From: Kudoa neothunni
Lineage: Eukaryota > Animalia > Cnidaria
Assembly (NCBI GenBank): GCA_964304625.1
Contig: OZ199838.1
Span: 16,983,853 to 17,047,852, forward strand
DNA: 64,000 nucleotides
Direction: 5' to 3'
Positions 1 through 13,470 of the stretch are shown here, in pieces. Under the pieces are notes generated by a model. That model did not search any database, was not told the DNA's origin, and worked only from the letters and a program-made list of their open reading frames with translations. Numbering within the stretch: position 1 is the first letter of the stretch; every line of letters starts with the position of its first letter. The translations under genes were made by a program, and so were the position numbers.

Positions 1-2920
1 TTGGGGGAGACCTAAAACAAAGTTTCTCCGAATTAAACGGGGTGTTTCATTCAATAATTTGTCCGAATATTTGTGCGAAGAACAGTTCCAATCAATTATG
101 GGAGAAAAATTTCAACTCTTAAATAATATACTAACAAAAATTATGTTACCGTACTAATGTAGTTATTAATAAGTCTATCACATTTTATTTATATGCGTTT
201 TTATTTGTTGTATTTAATGTAATAAATGTCAGAGGACGTGTAATTAGAAATTTTATACTAGAAGTTAGATATGTAAATAATAAATTTTTTGTGTTAAATT
301 TTTCGAGTAAAAATAAATCAGGTTAATTGTAATTTATTTTAAACGAATACATTTGATAGTTCCATTCACTGGAATATTAAAATTGGGAGAAAATATTAGT
401 GAATAAAATAAATATTCATATAGAAAGTGCTATATTAATATTAGTAAGAAAAATTGAACGTATGGATTTTCATACAACTGGTCATAAGTTCAATATATTG
501 AATAACACTTCAACTGCGCGTTCATAGCACAGTAGTTGTTGCAAAGAATAATGTTGACATAAAAAATAAACTAAAATTATAAATTATTTATTTTCAAAGC
601 TAAATTTTATTTTTGTCAAAATAAAAAAATTAGTAATGTAAATAAACTTAATACTTTAGGTCGTATTAAATAAAGAAATAAAAAAATGCGCGATTTATTA
701 TTTCTAAAATTTTTATAATTTAATATTTTTAAATAAACTAAATACATATTAAAATATTTGTTATTAATGTCTTTCTTCAATTTTGTAGCCAAAAATATCA
801 ATATACGATTAATATAATTATTGTCAGTTCCAATTTCGCGAGTAATTGGTGTATACAAATTTTTTCACTAATAACAATGTACAAATAAAAATTTATAGAC
901 AATTATAGATGTGACTAAATGTTTGAAAAGTTAATTTGACATTTAGGAATAAAGATAGATGACACAATATTTCTTAATATTAGATAAGCTTATTTAGAAG
1001 GTTTACTAGGCTAAATTTGGTATGCAAAGATTAAGAAAATTTAAATAATGGTTATAATGTATTAATCAGGATAAAACATGCAAATAATAAGCTATTTTCT
1101 GATGTTTATTGCAAAATGATGTAGATTACACGTGTATCCGACTGTTGCCTAATGGGAATTAGGCAAAAATTTAGAAGTAATTAATTTGCACTCGATATCC
1201 TTTTAATTTATTATTGATAATCGTAAAAGAAAAAACTGGAAAAACGCGCGGAAGATGGCGTTTTTCTGGAGTCACATACTTTACCATTACCGTAGCGCGT
1301 TAGTATCAAATGTTTGAATTTTTGTAGTCTACCAATATTATATAAATTATTTAAATCAAATGGCATAAGAATCGGGAATTCATGAGTGCACGAACACGTT
1401 AAAATTTTAGAATGGGATTTTCCATCATTATCATCCACTTTTATATGAATTGTTAATAAGATGCTAAATACATTGTAGAAATATTTAATACGAATCAATA
1501 GATGATTGTTACTGTAACAAATGGATTACAATCGTTATAATCCGCATGCTACGGACACTGTCATGACTATTCATAAAGATTATTCAGGTACTAATAATAT
1601 TAGATAATGTCGATCATAGATGTGGTTATCAATCCCCGAATGATTCATTACATTCTCTTACCTATAATTCATGAAATAAACAACATTCATTAAGTGAATT
1701 GTGTTTTGGTGAATTTATATATATTGACCATGATAGCTAATAGTTTTATGAGGTCTATTAAGGCCACCTGAATGATAGCGCAAAATTGGTGACTCGATTT
1801 TATTTATATTATTGTCTCCTCTTGAATACAATAGTATACATAGATATATAATATAATTGAAAAACAGAATTTAAGTCAAAAAACCATTAGTTTTATTAAA
1901 ATTATTTGTCATTTTTATCCAAGAGAGATTTGTTGAAAGAATTAAAATGTATATTTCTCTAACATTGCAAACATGATCTATCATTTTTTGTCAACATTGA
2001 ATGAGGTTTTGTTCCCTACAATAAATGAATGAGGCATTTTAAGAAAGTGATTTTTAGAATAATTTTAACAATTTCTGGATGTCGTTAAAATTGAATATAA
2101 TGGACATTAACGCTTTATAATGACGGATTATATACCTATTAGGGGGTTAATCCTGATGTATTTTATTATTTTATCGATTTATGAAACACTTATAGTATTT
2201 TGTTTAATTGTGTTAGTCGATGAGCATATTTAATACGTTTTTTATACATTTGCCAACGAAAAATCACGTGATTGATATAATGGGAATTTCTTAACAGTTT
2301 TACATTCTTTTTTTTCGTTAAAAAAATATAATATTTTTGATTTAATTACAAAATCATAATTATTTTTCGAATAAGTAATTTTATCACATTGATATTATTT
2401 ATTTTATTGATGGGCATTCATTTGCACGTCGGACATGCGAAAAATCGGTCATTAACTTCATTCATAAATAGATACATCGAATTTTTTATAAGTAAAAATT
2501 AAAACTATTAAAAAAAGTAAAAAATTTGTTGAAACGATTAAATTATAATATAACAAGTTAAGAAATTTTTAACCTAATTTTAACAAAAATCGAGTCTATT
2601 TTGATGTATTTTTCAATTTAACAGCCAATATGTATAAAAATATACATTTAATAAATCGATTTATATAGGTTTTTATTACTTTTAGAAGTATTGCTCCACA
2701 AATAATTGTGTACTATTGGATATTTATTCATTTTAAACAGTGGAAATACAATTGAGATTCATGCCATACATTTGTTATAATTATAATTCAATTAATTGAT
2801 ATAATCCATATACACTGATTATATCGAAGTTGGGATGAGATTAGTAATTATCGTTATCTTTGTTATAATAACCTATTTTGACACAAGTATAAGAACAAAT
2901 TGGCAGTAGTCATGGTTTTG

Positions 2921-5900
2921 ATGAAAAATATCTCAAGATATTTGTTTGGTAACGTTAGTTGTTCATTTTCCTTCAATGATTGTTTTTCCTAGTTTTTGTA
3001 ATCTTAATTACAATAAAAGATATTCCTGGTGCTCACCTAGCACATAGCATATGCGATCAATATGACGAAAGGAGGACAAATTATTTACAAACACACAAGG
3101 AACTTTCTGATCTAAATACAAATTATGCGACAACAATAGAAATAGCTGAACCATTGATACAAAATTTAGAATCTAACAGCGCAGAATATCCTCGCGAGAA
3201 AATCGACTCAATGTTAAGTTTGAAATATGCCAATATTAAATTGGGAATATATCCAATATACGAGATAGATCCATTTGAACAACTGGGTATAAATTTGTTG
3301 ACAACCGGACGTCCCACGTTCCTCAAGATTCAAAGGGCTGGTATATGCTATTCAAGTTTATTGAGCGCAAAAAGCTTTATGTTTTTGTTAAAATCCGCAA
3401 ATAAGGAAACTAATGATTTCTTAAAGTCAACAAACGAAACTCATATAAATGTATTGAAAAATGATAAAAGCAAATGTAATGCAGCAACTACCAGAGACGA
3501 ATTTTCAAAATATGTCACATATATGGATGATAACAAATCTAAAATCGCCAAGCATTTTGAAGAGCTAAAAAAATATAAAACGAAACTGTACAGTTGCAAT
3601 TATGATCCTTTGGAAAAGATTATAAACCTAAAACCGATCAAAGATAGTTTTATTGATCCTTTCTATCAAGCCATGTTTAAGGAAATGATACCTTATTTTA
3701 AAGGACTCAAAGCCAAACTGGAAAATATTGTGAACACTTTCGATGCGTACAAACAATATGTAAAAAATTTTGATAGTCATGAAAATACAATAAAAAACAT
3801 GAAATTTTCTGATTATCATGTTAACAAAAACGACGTAGAAGCACAAACTCTGCTTAGAAATACAGAAGCTTTGTTCAGCTCCACTAATGGGTATTTGTCT
3901 TCGGAACTACGGAGTACATTGGCGACAAAAATCAGCGATTTACGTCGACAATTGGCTTTAGCTGAAACGCAGAATAATTCGATTGTTACATATGAGGAAA
4001 AAATAAAAAGAATTACTAACAACATAATTGAGTTGAAAAAAATTATTCCAAGCGTTATTCAAGAATTAGAACCGGTAAAAAAACAAGCGGCAGAATTCAT
4101 ACCTAGAATTGATAAACAGCAATCAACCATGGACATCAAAGACTATGTTTTTGAACGCAAAGAGTTGGACTCGGAGATATACGACTTTTTACAGGTTAAT
4201 GAAAAATTGCTTACTGAGTGTTTAGTAGTGAAAAATGAAAAGATCGATAGATTGATCTCGGAGATCAGCAGCAGTATGTCAGAACTCGAATCAATCGATA
4301 CTCATCAGTTGTCTACAACACAGGGGAGTTATGCTTCAAAATATGAACAAATTAAATCCGTCGTTGACAAATTAAGTAAGACTGATATTCCTGCTTATGA
4401 GGAAAAATTGAAAAAAGAACATATGGACCAACTTGACGTTGAAAATCAATTTATTAAATTAACGCAAATGGGCGAGAAGAAACAGAGCTTGTTGGCCACC
4501 CTGACTTCTAAAGAAGCTAGCCTCGATGCTGATTTACTCACCACACTAACTAGGGATTTAACTACCGCTAGTGACAAATTAAACAAAGTAACGGTCAATA
4601 ATAACAACTTCCAAAGACTTCTAACATCACAAAAATCTATGCTGCTTTCGCCCAATGGAGAGAAACTGCACAAAATTTTCTCGACCCATGTCGATAAATC
4701 CATGGATGAAATCAACTCAACACTTGCTAAGATTATTGAATTGCAAGCAAAAATCAATAATATTAAAGAAAATATTGACACCAACCGCAATGGTTTAAAT
4801 CAGTTTGATCAAATAAAACTAAAAATTAGCAGTGATCATGCAGCAATTCAAAGTGCCAAAACAGAACTATCAAAGCATCTTGGTAAACGATACAAAGAAT
4901 TTAAATCTTTGTTTGATAGAAATACCAATACTGTAAATTTGAACATTGCCGATGAAATTTCAGAGGTTAATACATCAATTGATGGTTACAAAAATGCTGT
5001 TGACTCCATAGAAAAGAGTATTGATGAAATTAATGGCGAATTAAACGATTTAAGGTCTGCAGTTAATATCGCTGTAAAAAAAACTAGCAATATTGAAAGC
5101 ACACATTCAGGTATGGTTGAATCCCTCACTCTTGGTTTGAAAACAGTCAAAAGCTTGGATGATGCTAAATATACACAATTGAAAAAGAAACTTAGTGAAA
5201 AATTAGACGAATATAAGAAAGAATTTAAACAACAAAATGATAACCAAACTAATGAAAAAAGTCACTATTCAACATCGGTCACTAATGCTGAAAATTTGAT
5301 TAAGAGAATCCAAGACATTAATGAGAATAAGCAGTTGAAAGAGCTTATCGAGGATGAATTGTCAGTGGAAAATAACCTCGGCAGCATAAAACAGTTAATC
5401 GACGCACATGGACAATTGGTTTCAACTGGTGAATCTAATCTGTATAAGCTTGAAAATGATTATATTAAACATTCGACCAGTTATGATGAAGAAAAAAAGA
5501 CTTATGATAAAAATTATAAAGCTATTCAAGATCTTCTAAATGCTTATGATAAATATGAAAACGACGATTCGCACTTCTTAAACGATTCATTGGTCAACGA
5601 CTTATTGAATGTTAAATCAGAACTGGAACAAAAATATAAACAATCTGAATCATCAACTGATTCAATGAACCACCACTTGGCTGATTTAAATAATATAGAC
5701 AACACATTGGATAAAAACACTAGTCAACAAATTCAAAGTGTTAAAGACGAAATGCGACGTGTTAATGGATTAAAAGAATCCATTAGAAATTATTTTTCAA
5801 GGCTTCAGTCACTAAAACAAATTGTCGATAAAATTAACGAGGCAAAAGTAAAGCTTGGGGAAAAGAGAGAATTACTTGTTAGTTTCCAAGGATCATTGGA

Positions 5901-6801
5901 ATCACAAAATACCCAAAACGAACAAATTATTTCTTCCAATGAACAAAAAATTAAAACATCTTTTGAAACAGAAAATGAATCTCTTAAGGCTGCAAAAGTT
6001 GAAATCGAAAAAACATTCGTTAAATACGATGAGCTTCACAAAGAATTGAAAAATAAAGCAGATAAGGAAGGAACTGATGTTAACTCTCATTTGGATGAAG
6101 AGTATATAAACCTTGTAGCGAAGAAAAATGAAATTGATCGTAATATTGAAACACAACGTGAATCTATTAAAAACACTCTATCCGAAGGAATAAGACATTG
6201 TGGAATAGAGAAAACACGACTCGAAAAAGACTATTCTAGCCAAAATACTCAGTTAAAAACATTGTTACAAAATATTGATAGCCTTCTCAACGATTATGTG
6301 TCAACTGACATTGAAAGTAATGGAATGGCTGAATTAAATGATAGATACACCTCACTTATTAAAAATGTCGATAATTTACTTGATAATCGCAAAGATCTTA
6401 CAATAACTGAATTCAACGAGGAAATCAAAGCTAATATCCACATGATGCTTCAATATTTGAAACTAACATTGCAACTGCCATCGAAAATGACAAAAAATTT
6501 TTCGCTGATTTAAAGAATAATGAATCGGCAAAAAACGTCGAAGTCATAGCTGATAATAATGAAGACGCTGTACAAGAAACTTTAGTTTCCCCCCAAAATG
6601 ATATAACTGATGACCAACAATACAGCGCAGTTAAGGGAGAATCAAAAAATATCGTCTCAACGGATTTTTTTCAAATATATAATGGCAGGTGCTGCTATAG
6701 CAACTATTTGCTTGGCAGTTGGAGGTGCAATACTAAAGTACAGAAGTCTCAAAAAGAGAGAAATTTACAACAAATGTGAAAATATATACATTAAAGCCTA
6801 A
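2921..6801 (+). CDS. Large (~1278 aa when corrected) type I membrane/surface protein: signal peptide, helical/coiled-coil ectodomain, one TM helix, short Tyr-motif tail; paralog of 31611-35498
   Basis: Exon 1 is 2921-2948 (ATG AAA AAT...TTT G; alternative in-frame ATG at 2912). A 44-nt intron 2949-2992 (gtaacg...cctag) gives MKNISRYLFVFVILITIKDIPGA. The 1177-aa ORF and the 6610-6801 ORF are in the same frame. Between them the paralog-matching sequence (PHDASIFETNIATAIEND...GESKNIVSTDFF) is in another frame because of a -1 at CC 6438-6439 and a +1 in the T7 run 6665-6671. It ends TM IMAGAAIATICLAVGGAIL then KYRSLKKREIYNKCENIYIKA*. Confidence 0.85.
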
Positions 6802-7499
6802 GAAGGTGCCATATTAAATTATAATTATATAAGCTCTATATTTAGATTACGTTAGTGTTACATTAGTATAGTATTTCACTAATAGATGATTGTTTGTTTT
6901 CTTTTTTGCGTTATAAATGATGTTTTCTATAAAAATTACAGTGAGTTTTCTTTGGGTGAAAATACTTAATATAATAATTTTAAATCAATGATATTAATAC
7001 AAGTATTATAGATTAGTTTGCTCGAAGCTAAGTTTGTATGTATCTTGGCCGTATTCGACGAGAAAAATTTCAAAAAAATAAGTATACTTCACCCTCTCTG
7101 CACCAACTTAAAAAATACGCGTATGCGTAATTGAAGTGCAGTTGGTGACCACTAATTAGTAATCCTCTCGGGGCTTGGAAAATTACGAATTACACATCAG
7201 TGACGCCTAATTCTCAATATCTTTGTGCGCGCACATGATAAAATAAAATGAAAACCTGGCTTATATTGATTGATTAATCGATTAAAGAATATTCATATTT
7301 AAGATCAAAACTAAAAAACAATAAAACCCTCTTTTGGCGCGCCAAAAATAATTGCCATAATGGAAATAATATTATTGAGAACTTTTGGGTTTCATCTGAT
7401 GTATGTAAAACAATTTATTCGAAACAAAAATAATCATGTTTTGGAATCACTTACGAGGCGTTAATGGATAGAACTGCGCGGTATTATCGGACACTATAT

Positions 7500-8020
7500 A
7501 TCAATATATTTTATCCCCCTTATGATTTCCAAGAATTTAAAGATGTTGAGTGTTCTAATCTGTAATGATTCCTATGGGTACCGTGCTATCTTCGACATGG
7601 AAACTGATTTTTTTAAGTTGAATCTATTTTTAAAGCCATGAAACTATCCATAGCTAACATTTTTGAAATCATTTTCAGAAGAATCAATCTCATTTCTTTT
7701 GTTTATTATTTCGATGGACGATAATTCGATACTTTTTAACCTCATCCAAACGAACCACACATACACACGTTGATTAGAGTCTTCGTCTTTTCCTTTCCGC
7801 ATTGATCTTCGTTTAGCTAGAAGCAATTGACTTTCTTCAAATTCCTGTTTAATTTGAGACTTTTATCTAAAATGCCATTTAAAGTTGAAATATAACCTAT
7901 TTTGAAGCGTTTAAAACGGTTTCCGTCTTTACATTTAAGAGCGGTAAACTATCATAATATGTAATTATATCACATTTCTCTTGAAGCATTATGAATTTGT
8001 TAATTCTTTTTCGGACATTT
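7500..8020 (-). mobile_element. Degenerate pogo/Tigger (CENP-B HTH) transposase remnant
   Basis: ORF 7644-7826 (KRRSMRKGKDEDSNQRVYVWFVWMRLKSIELSSIEI...SYG) resembles the CENP-B-type HTH of Tigger transposases and the other copies in this window. Ends are approximate. Confidence 0.6.
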
Positions 8021-8428
8021 AGAAATAATTACGAATTATCGGTTATTACACAAGTTTAAAACTTTTTATTTCACAAAATAAAAAAACTACCCTTATATTT
8101 AATTAAGAACTCATAATACATGTTATTTGATAAATTTATCTGGGTGGATAAAGTTTAAGGAAAGTTACGAATTAACAGTCACCTACTGTACCTGCGTACC
8201 CCCAATAAAATATGCGGTAAACTTGTTCAAAATATATCCAACTCATGAATTTAAAAAAAAGAAATACAATAACGTTAACTTATGGAATTGTTTAGAAGAG
8301 ACCAACTTTTGGTCTACAAATGAACAAATTTATTCATTTTTCAAGTCATGACTATAACACCGAAATATGTGCATCCAATTAAATAATATCTAGTGACACA
8401 AATGATATATGTCAAATAAAACTATCAG

Positions 8429-9838
8429 TGTGGTGTACATAATCTCTTCTTATAACAATGTTAATTATATCATCTCGTTCCAGCTCCAATTTACTGCACT
8501 TAATTTTTTTCCTAGCAACCGACCAATGTGATTCATAAATCATCGTAAATGATTCTTCCCAATATCCACCAAATAGAAATACTTATTCCATAACATCCAT
8601 TTCATAACCATATCCTACAAAAAGATGGTAAACGAATAATACTTCCAAACGCCACCCTTTCCCCTACACCAGGGGTCTCTAAATTTTCTTTTGTCTACCT
8701 CCCCTGTGTAGGTAATTTACTTAGTCGTTGACCCCTCTCAGAGATTTTATTAAAATATTAGAGTATATTCATTTTGTTTGACTAGAACAATTAAAAATAT
8801 GTGCAATATATCCCCTTAATTAATAATCTATTTCCAATACATAATGCAATGCCAAATTATATTAACCCCCAGACAAACTTTTTTTAACGATGTAACATCA
8901 AAGTATAATAGAAAATTCTTTAAATTTGTAGATTTACGCAGATATTTGTAATCAAGTAATGGCAAAAAAACAATTACATTCGAAAATTTACCACAATGAA
9001 CGTATTTTTCATCATAAATCATATTCAATTGACTTGCCATGTTAAGTCGCTTGTATATGGTTATAGTTACATACTTTTGCACTTATATTAATACATCGGC
9101 AGATTTTAAGATTAAATTACACATATACAGAAAAGTTAATAAGAATATCCTAATCTTTAGCCACAGATTATGTTCCTTAGCTTGAGGGCGCTTGAAGAAT
9201 TTTTGAAGTGTCCGCTGGGGTTCAAGCGATACTTTCAAACTATTATATCTATTTTCGTAGCTTTTGTAATTATGGTTCAAATCAATCTTAAAAATTAGAC
9301 TTATCCTTCTTAGTCGATTATAAATTTAATATAAACTATCGTTATTGTTTTATAAATTGTTAATAACAATGAGTACTTTTGATCATTAATATTTACGAAA
9401 AATAAAGCCAGTGTATTCACTAGTTCTTATGAGCTACAAAGTATCTCTACATAAATGAAAAAAAATTGACTTGCATAACTAGGAAAGGTGATGTTGGATT
9501 TTAACTTAAAAATAAAAAACAAATGTCATGGGGTAGTATCAATTAATATAATTAAATAATGTAGTATGGAGTTAAAGATGGGAAGCATTACCTTAAAAGC
9601 CTATAAAATTCAGTAGAATCTCTATAACACGTATCGACCATAGCGTAATTTTCGACCACTGTCCTAAACATCAAACAGTACCTATTGCACGAGTTCACGC
9701 CACAATGCAGGTTGCGCCAATACAAAAATGTAGTTTTTAAACACTGTTGGAATTTATCATCAACCTAATCACTTTTATTGTTTTACTTTCAAACTGTTTT
9801 CGTTTACTGGTCCTAACATTCCAAACATAGTTACAACA
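8429..9838. mobile_element. Solo LTR (TG...CA), split by ~1 kb of later insertion (~8660-9685)
   Basis: 8429-~8655 plus ~9688-9838 align colinearly with 40847-41229. It begins TGTGGTGTACATAATC, ends TTACAACA and is flanked by atcag/atcaa (4/5 match, 5-bp TSD). Confidence 0.7.
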
Positions 9839-11411
9839 ATCAATCACGCCATAATATCCAAGGTTACTGATAAGTAATAGTAACCACGGCATATCCATCA
9901 CCATCTAATGGAAGATTTTCGGTCAGCCTCAACCTGCATCCATATAAGCAGAAGTCAGGATGTCATAAGGTTCAATAAAATTTACCCCCGTCCGACCCTA
10001 GATAATCTGTTTAGAAACAACCTAGTTTGCGCAGTATTTTTAAAATACCCTCGTACATCTAATTTGGTTCAACAACTATTATAATGATTAGAGGGATTGA
10101 AATCTCTGAGAAAATCTAACTCCTCAAAATGGTATGGTTTTAACCCTTTCACGCCGAATGTTGCCATATGGCAACATCGGATTGTTTTTATAATTTCTCA
10201 ATGAGTATTATATTTAACAACTAAAGCATTCAAAAAAAGTTAAATTAATCTTTATTCTTTTATCAAACGCTAAATTAGATAATTTTTAAAATTTCTTAGT
10301 TAGTAAAAATACGTCATAAATTGAAATTTTTCAAACAATTTTATTTTTGTTTTTAAGATGCCAATAGGGCTGGGTGTGAAGGATATGTTCGATGCCTTAT
10401 AGTAACAGATTTAGCATCTTTATGGGAGATTCTGTTGAGTCGATTAAATTTTCATTTAATATTCCTATCATTTGATTTAATTTTATCGAACGTTAACAAA
10501 AATCCATCTTTTATCAAAAACGTTCCGAAAAGTGCGTGTAACCGACCAATCACATAATTATCAATCTGGAAATTTCTCAAAATTAGTATATTGTTTAGAT
10601 CCAAATTCTTTAATACAAATCTTTAAAGAATATTATATATCGAATGTACATTTGATTATTCAAAATGTGTTGATTTTTAAGAAGGGCGTAAAATCGTATG
10701 TGTGTAAAACGTGTACAACCGGTAATTGACTGTAGAAGTAATTTTTTAAAAATTGTTGGTTAACAATAAAAAATCCAAGATCCATGACCCTAATTCTTTG
10801 ATTTTGGTACTATGATTCAAACTCTTTTTAATAGATTTACACAAAGCTGCTATGATCCTTTTCAGGTATTCGAGGGTTGATGTATACGGGGATTGGCAAA
10901 AAATATGAGTTTATCAAGGGATACGAAATTTCAAAAAGGTTGAAAACCACTGGTCTAGGTCTAGTGTCTAATGTGACATTTTAAGTTGTTGAAACGTAAA
11001 CAGCAGGTTGATAGGGTTAATAGAAGATCGACAAACAACATAAAATTTTCAAGTTAATAGGGAAAGATTTAAAGTACGTATTGTTATTAAGTATCAAATA
11101 AGATGGACGTTGCTTGCGATAAACATATACATTTCCCGACTATAAAGATCGGATGGGTTCAAGGGTATGGTGTAGCCTATAAAAAACCGATTCATTTGTA
11201 AAAATAAACTTATTGAGCAGAGTAATGAATAAATTTTGAAGTTTGATGCTGATACTATCAATGACTAAATGAGATTCCATGTATGTAAGGAATAAGAGCC
11301 ATTGTTTTTATATAGCAAAAGGGTGTTTATTTTATCGAAAAGTATCAAACTTACATCAATTCTTATTTCTTAGGTGTAAGAATTAATCTTAAGGTTTAAA
11401 ATGAGGTTGTG

Positions 11412-13132
11412 ATGATTCTGGTTGCTATTTTTCGACCCAATTTAATAACGCCAACGATGTTGTTATATAGAAACGTACTTATAATTAAAAATATATTTAT
11501 TTTAGATTGGAGTTGCTGTGTTATTCAAGCCATTATCCACAGAAATTACCCTATATTCCCTTCAATTTGATAAAAAAAAACGATTGATGTATTCATCCGT
11601 TGTAAAGCAGACTAAAAGTTCCGATAAAATTAAAAGTTAAGAATATCTCATGATAAAAAATATTTAGCTATTGAAAACAAATTGTATTTGAAGAAAATTA
11701 GCGTTTTTATCAATAAATGTATTACGCTGGCGATAAAATCTGATCATTTCAAGGATGTCAACAAAGAGGATATATTTATATTTTTTGTGCTTACTGACAA
11801 TACTAAAATGATACTGTAGTTAATATTGATTTTTTTTACTGAATTATTATAGAAATATTGATGAACAAAAGATGGATCTATTAAAACAATCAATAGATAT
11901 AGAATTGAAAGACTTCAAACAGTTGCGTCCTCACCCTCATCTTCTAGTGATGGATGAAAATCAGTTGAATATGGCGTTGTATTTTCACTCCCATTACCAA
12001 TATAAGGAACAGGTTTAATTTTTGACGCTGGTTTGTTTTCTTGTCAGATCTAATAGGAAAACTTGGGGATTGTTGAAATGGGATTCACCACATTGAGAAT
12101 AATGTACCCCCTGGAAAAATTGGATGAGTCTCTTAAACAGTGCTACTTTATGAATAAATACAACTCCACATTTGAAACTGCGGCCTATCCAATTTCAAAA
12201 ATGTTTTCTGTTGCCTTCTCCTGCACAGGTTACAGAACAATTTACAACATGCTATCAATGTTAATAATTCAAGTGAGATTGCAATGAGTGAAAGTTATTG
12301 GGTGCACTTAATAGGATAAAAAATATTTTATTCATATTAATTCTAACGATTCAAAAATCAGCGAATTATTTACTTCACATTATATTCATTAGAGTGGAAA
12401 TTATTTAAACGCTGATTCCAACGAGTTGCTGAATCCTTGTATTCCCGAGGGGTCGTCGTATTTCCTGAACGTGAACGAAATTCTTAACATTTGCATTAAA
12501 CCTACTCACGTTGCAACTTATTCTTCAAATTACAAGTTTTTGGGAAAGTTCGATCAAGAAGCTTGCATGAAACTACTAGATTCTGTGCATTCAACAATCC
12601 ATTCTAGGGTGAAACCAGAATTCATGTTAATGGTGAATCAGATAAAGTGTGACATTATTTTTGAGCCAGAATTATCATTTTTGGTATTTTGTTTCTAATA
12701 AGTTTTTAACAATAAAACAAATTTTTAAGTTTTTGGGATTTTTTGAATACCTGGATCAATTTGGATGGAAACACGGGGATGATATTGAGTTACTCATTAA
12801 AAATCATTGCACCGAACCTTATCCAAGTAACGCCAACGTAAGTGAAGTTAATATCGTATATCTTATAAATAGAAATAAATCGTAGATGAAATTAATAATT
12901 AACGATTGTTTCAATCTGTTAGTTCTTCGACACACGCTGAAAATTTTACTCAAAACTGACCCTCAAAACATCATCATACCAGTACTTATTGTTGACTAAT
13001 TTTTAGGTTTTTTCTTAAAATCAGATTTAATTCATTATCTATGCCTATTAGGACACTCTGATCAATATGCAAATGGGCTTAGGTTATTTTGATCCACGCA
13101 TAAAGGAAGCAGACGCCAAATATTTCAAATGA
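11412..13132 (+). CDS. GDA1/CD39 (E-NTPDase/apyrase)-fold protein with degenerate catalytic motifs; 5' end uncertain
   Basis: Phase-consistent exons: 11412-11474, 11506-11635, 11668-11815, 11853-12012, 12057-12272, 12393-12683, 12730-12837, 12886-12981, 13052-13132, with GT-AG introns of 31-120 nt. The translation keeps CD39-like order and Cys landmarks (SVAFSCTGY, LLNPCIPEG, ICIK, FLGKFDQEAC, NHCTEPY, NDCF, MGLGY). Further 5' exons near 11316-11411 are possible. Confidence 0.7.
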
Positions 13133-13470
13133 ATTAAAATCTTGCTCATCCTATTCCCCACATTGATTCTTACATTATACACCGCTATCTTCCTGGCTAT
13201 TTTATGTGTTGAGAACAAAAGTTAATGAATACATTTATAGAAGTCATAATTTTTCCATTAAATCTATAACATGAAATTTGTGTGATAAATTTTTGAAGGC
13301 TTACTTCTATATTGAAGATTAAAATGTGGGGCAATGATGACTTTTTAAGTTATTTACCAAGCTACTAGGTAATATAATTCCTAATTATTTTGAAATTGAA
13401 TAATAATATTTTTAATGATTAGACTATTTATCCAACAAATAAATATTAGTAATACTTGTTTTGTTGATTA

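Noticed and set aside
1-2000. Multi-exon gene at the window start (e.g. open segment 2-149, possible 32-nt intron near 1588)
   Set aside because: Exon-like pieces exist, but no coherent or recognisable protein could be assembled.
2980-6513. Calling the giant ORFs SMC, myosin or Plasmodium reticulocyte-binding protein homologs
   Set aside because: No Walker or motor motifs are present. Any similarity would come from K/N/E-rich coiled-coil composition, and only the architecture is analogous.
6610-6801. Separate small membrane-protein gene
   Set aside because: It is the TM and tail of gene 1, as shown by alignment to the paralog.
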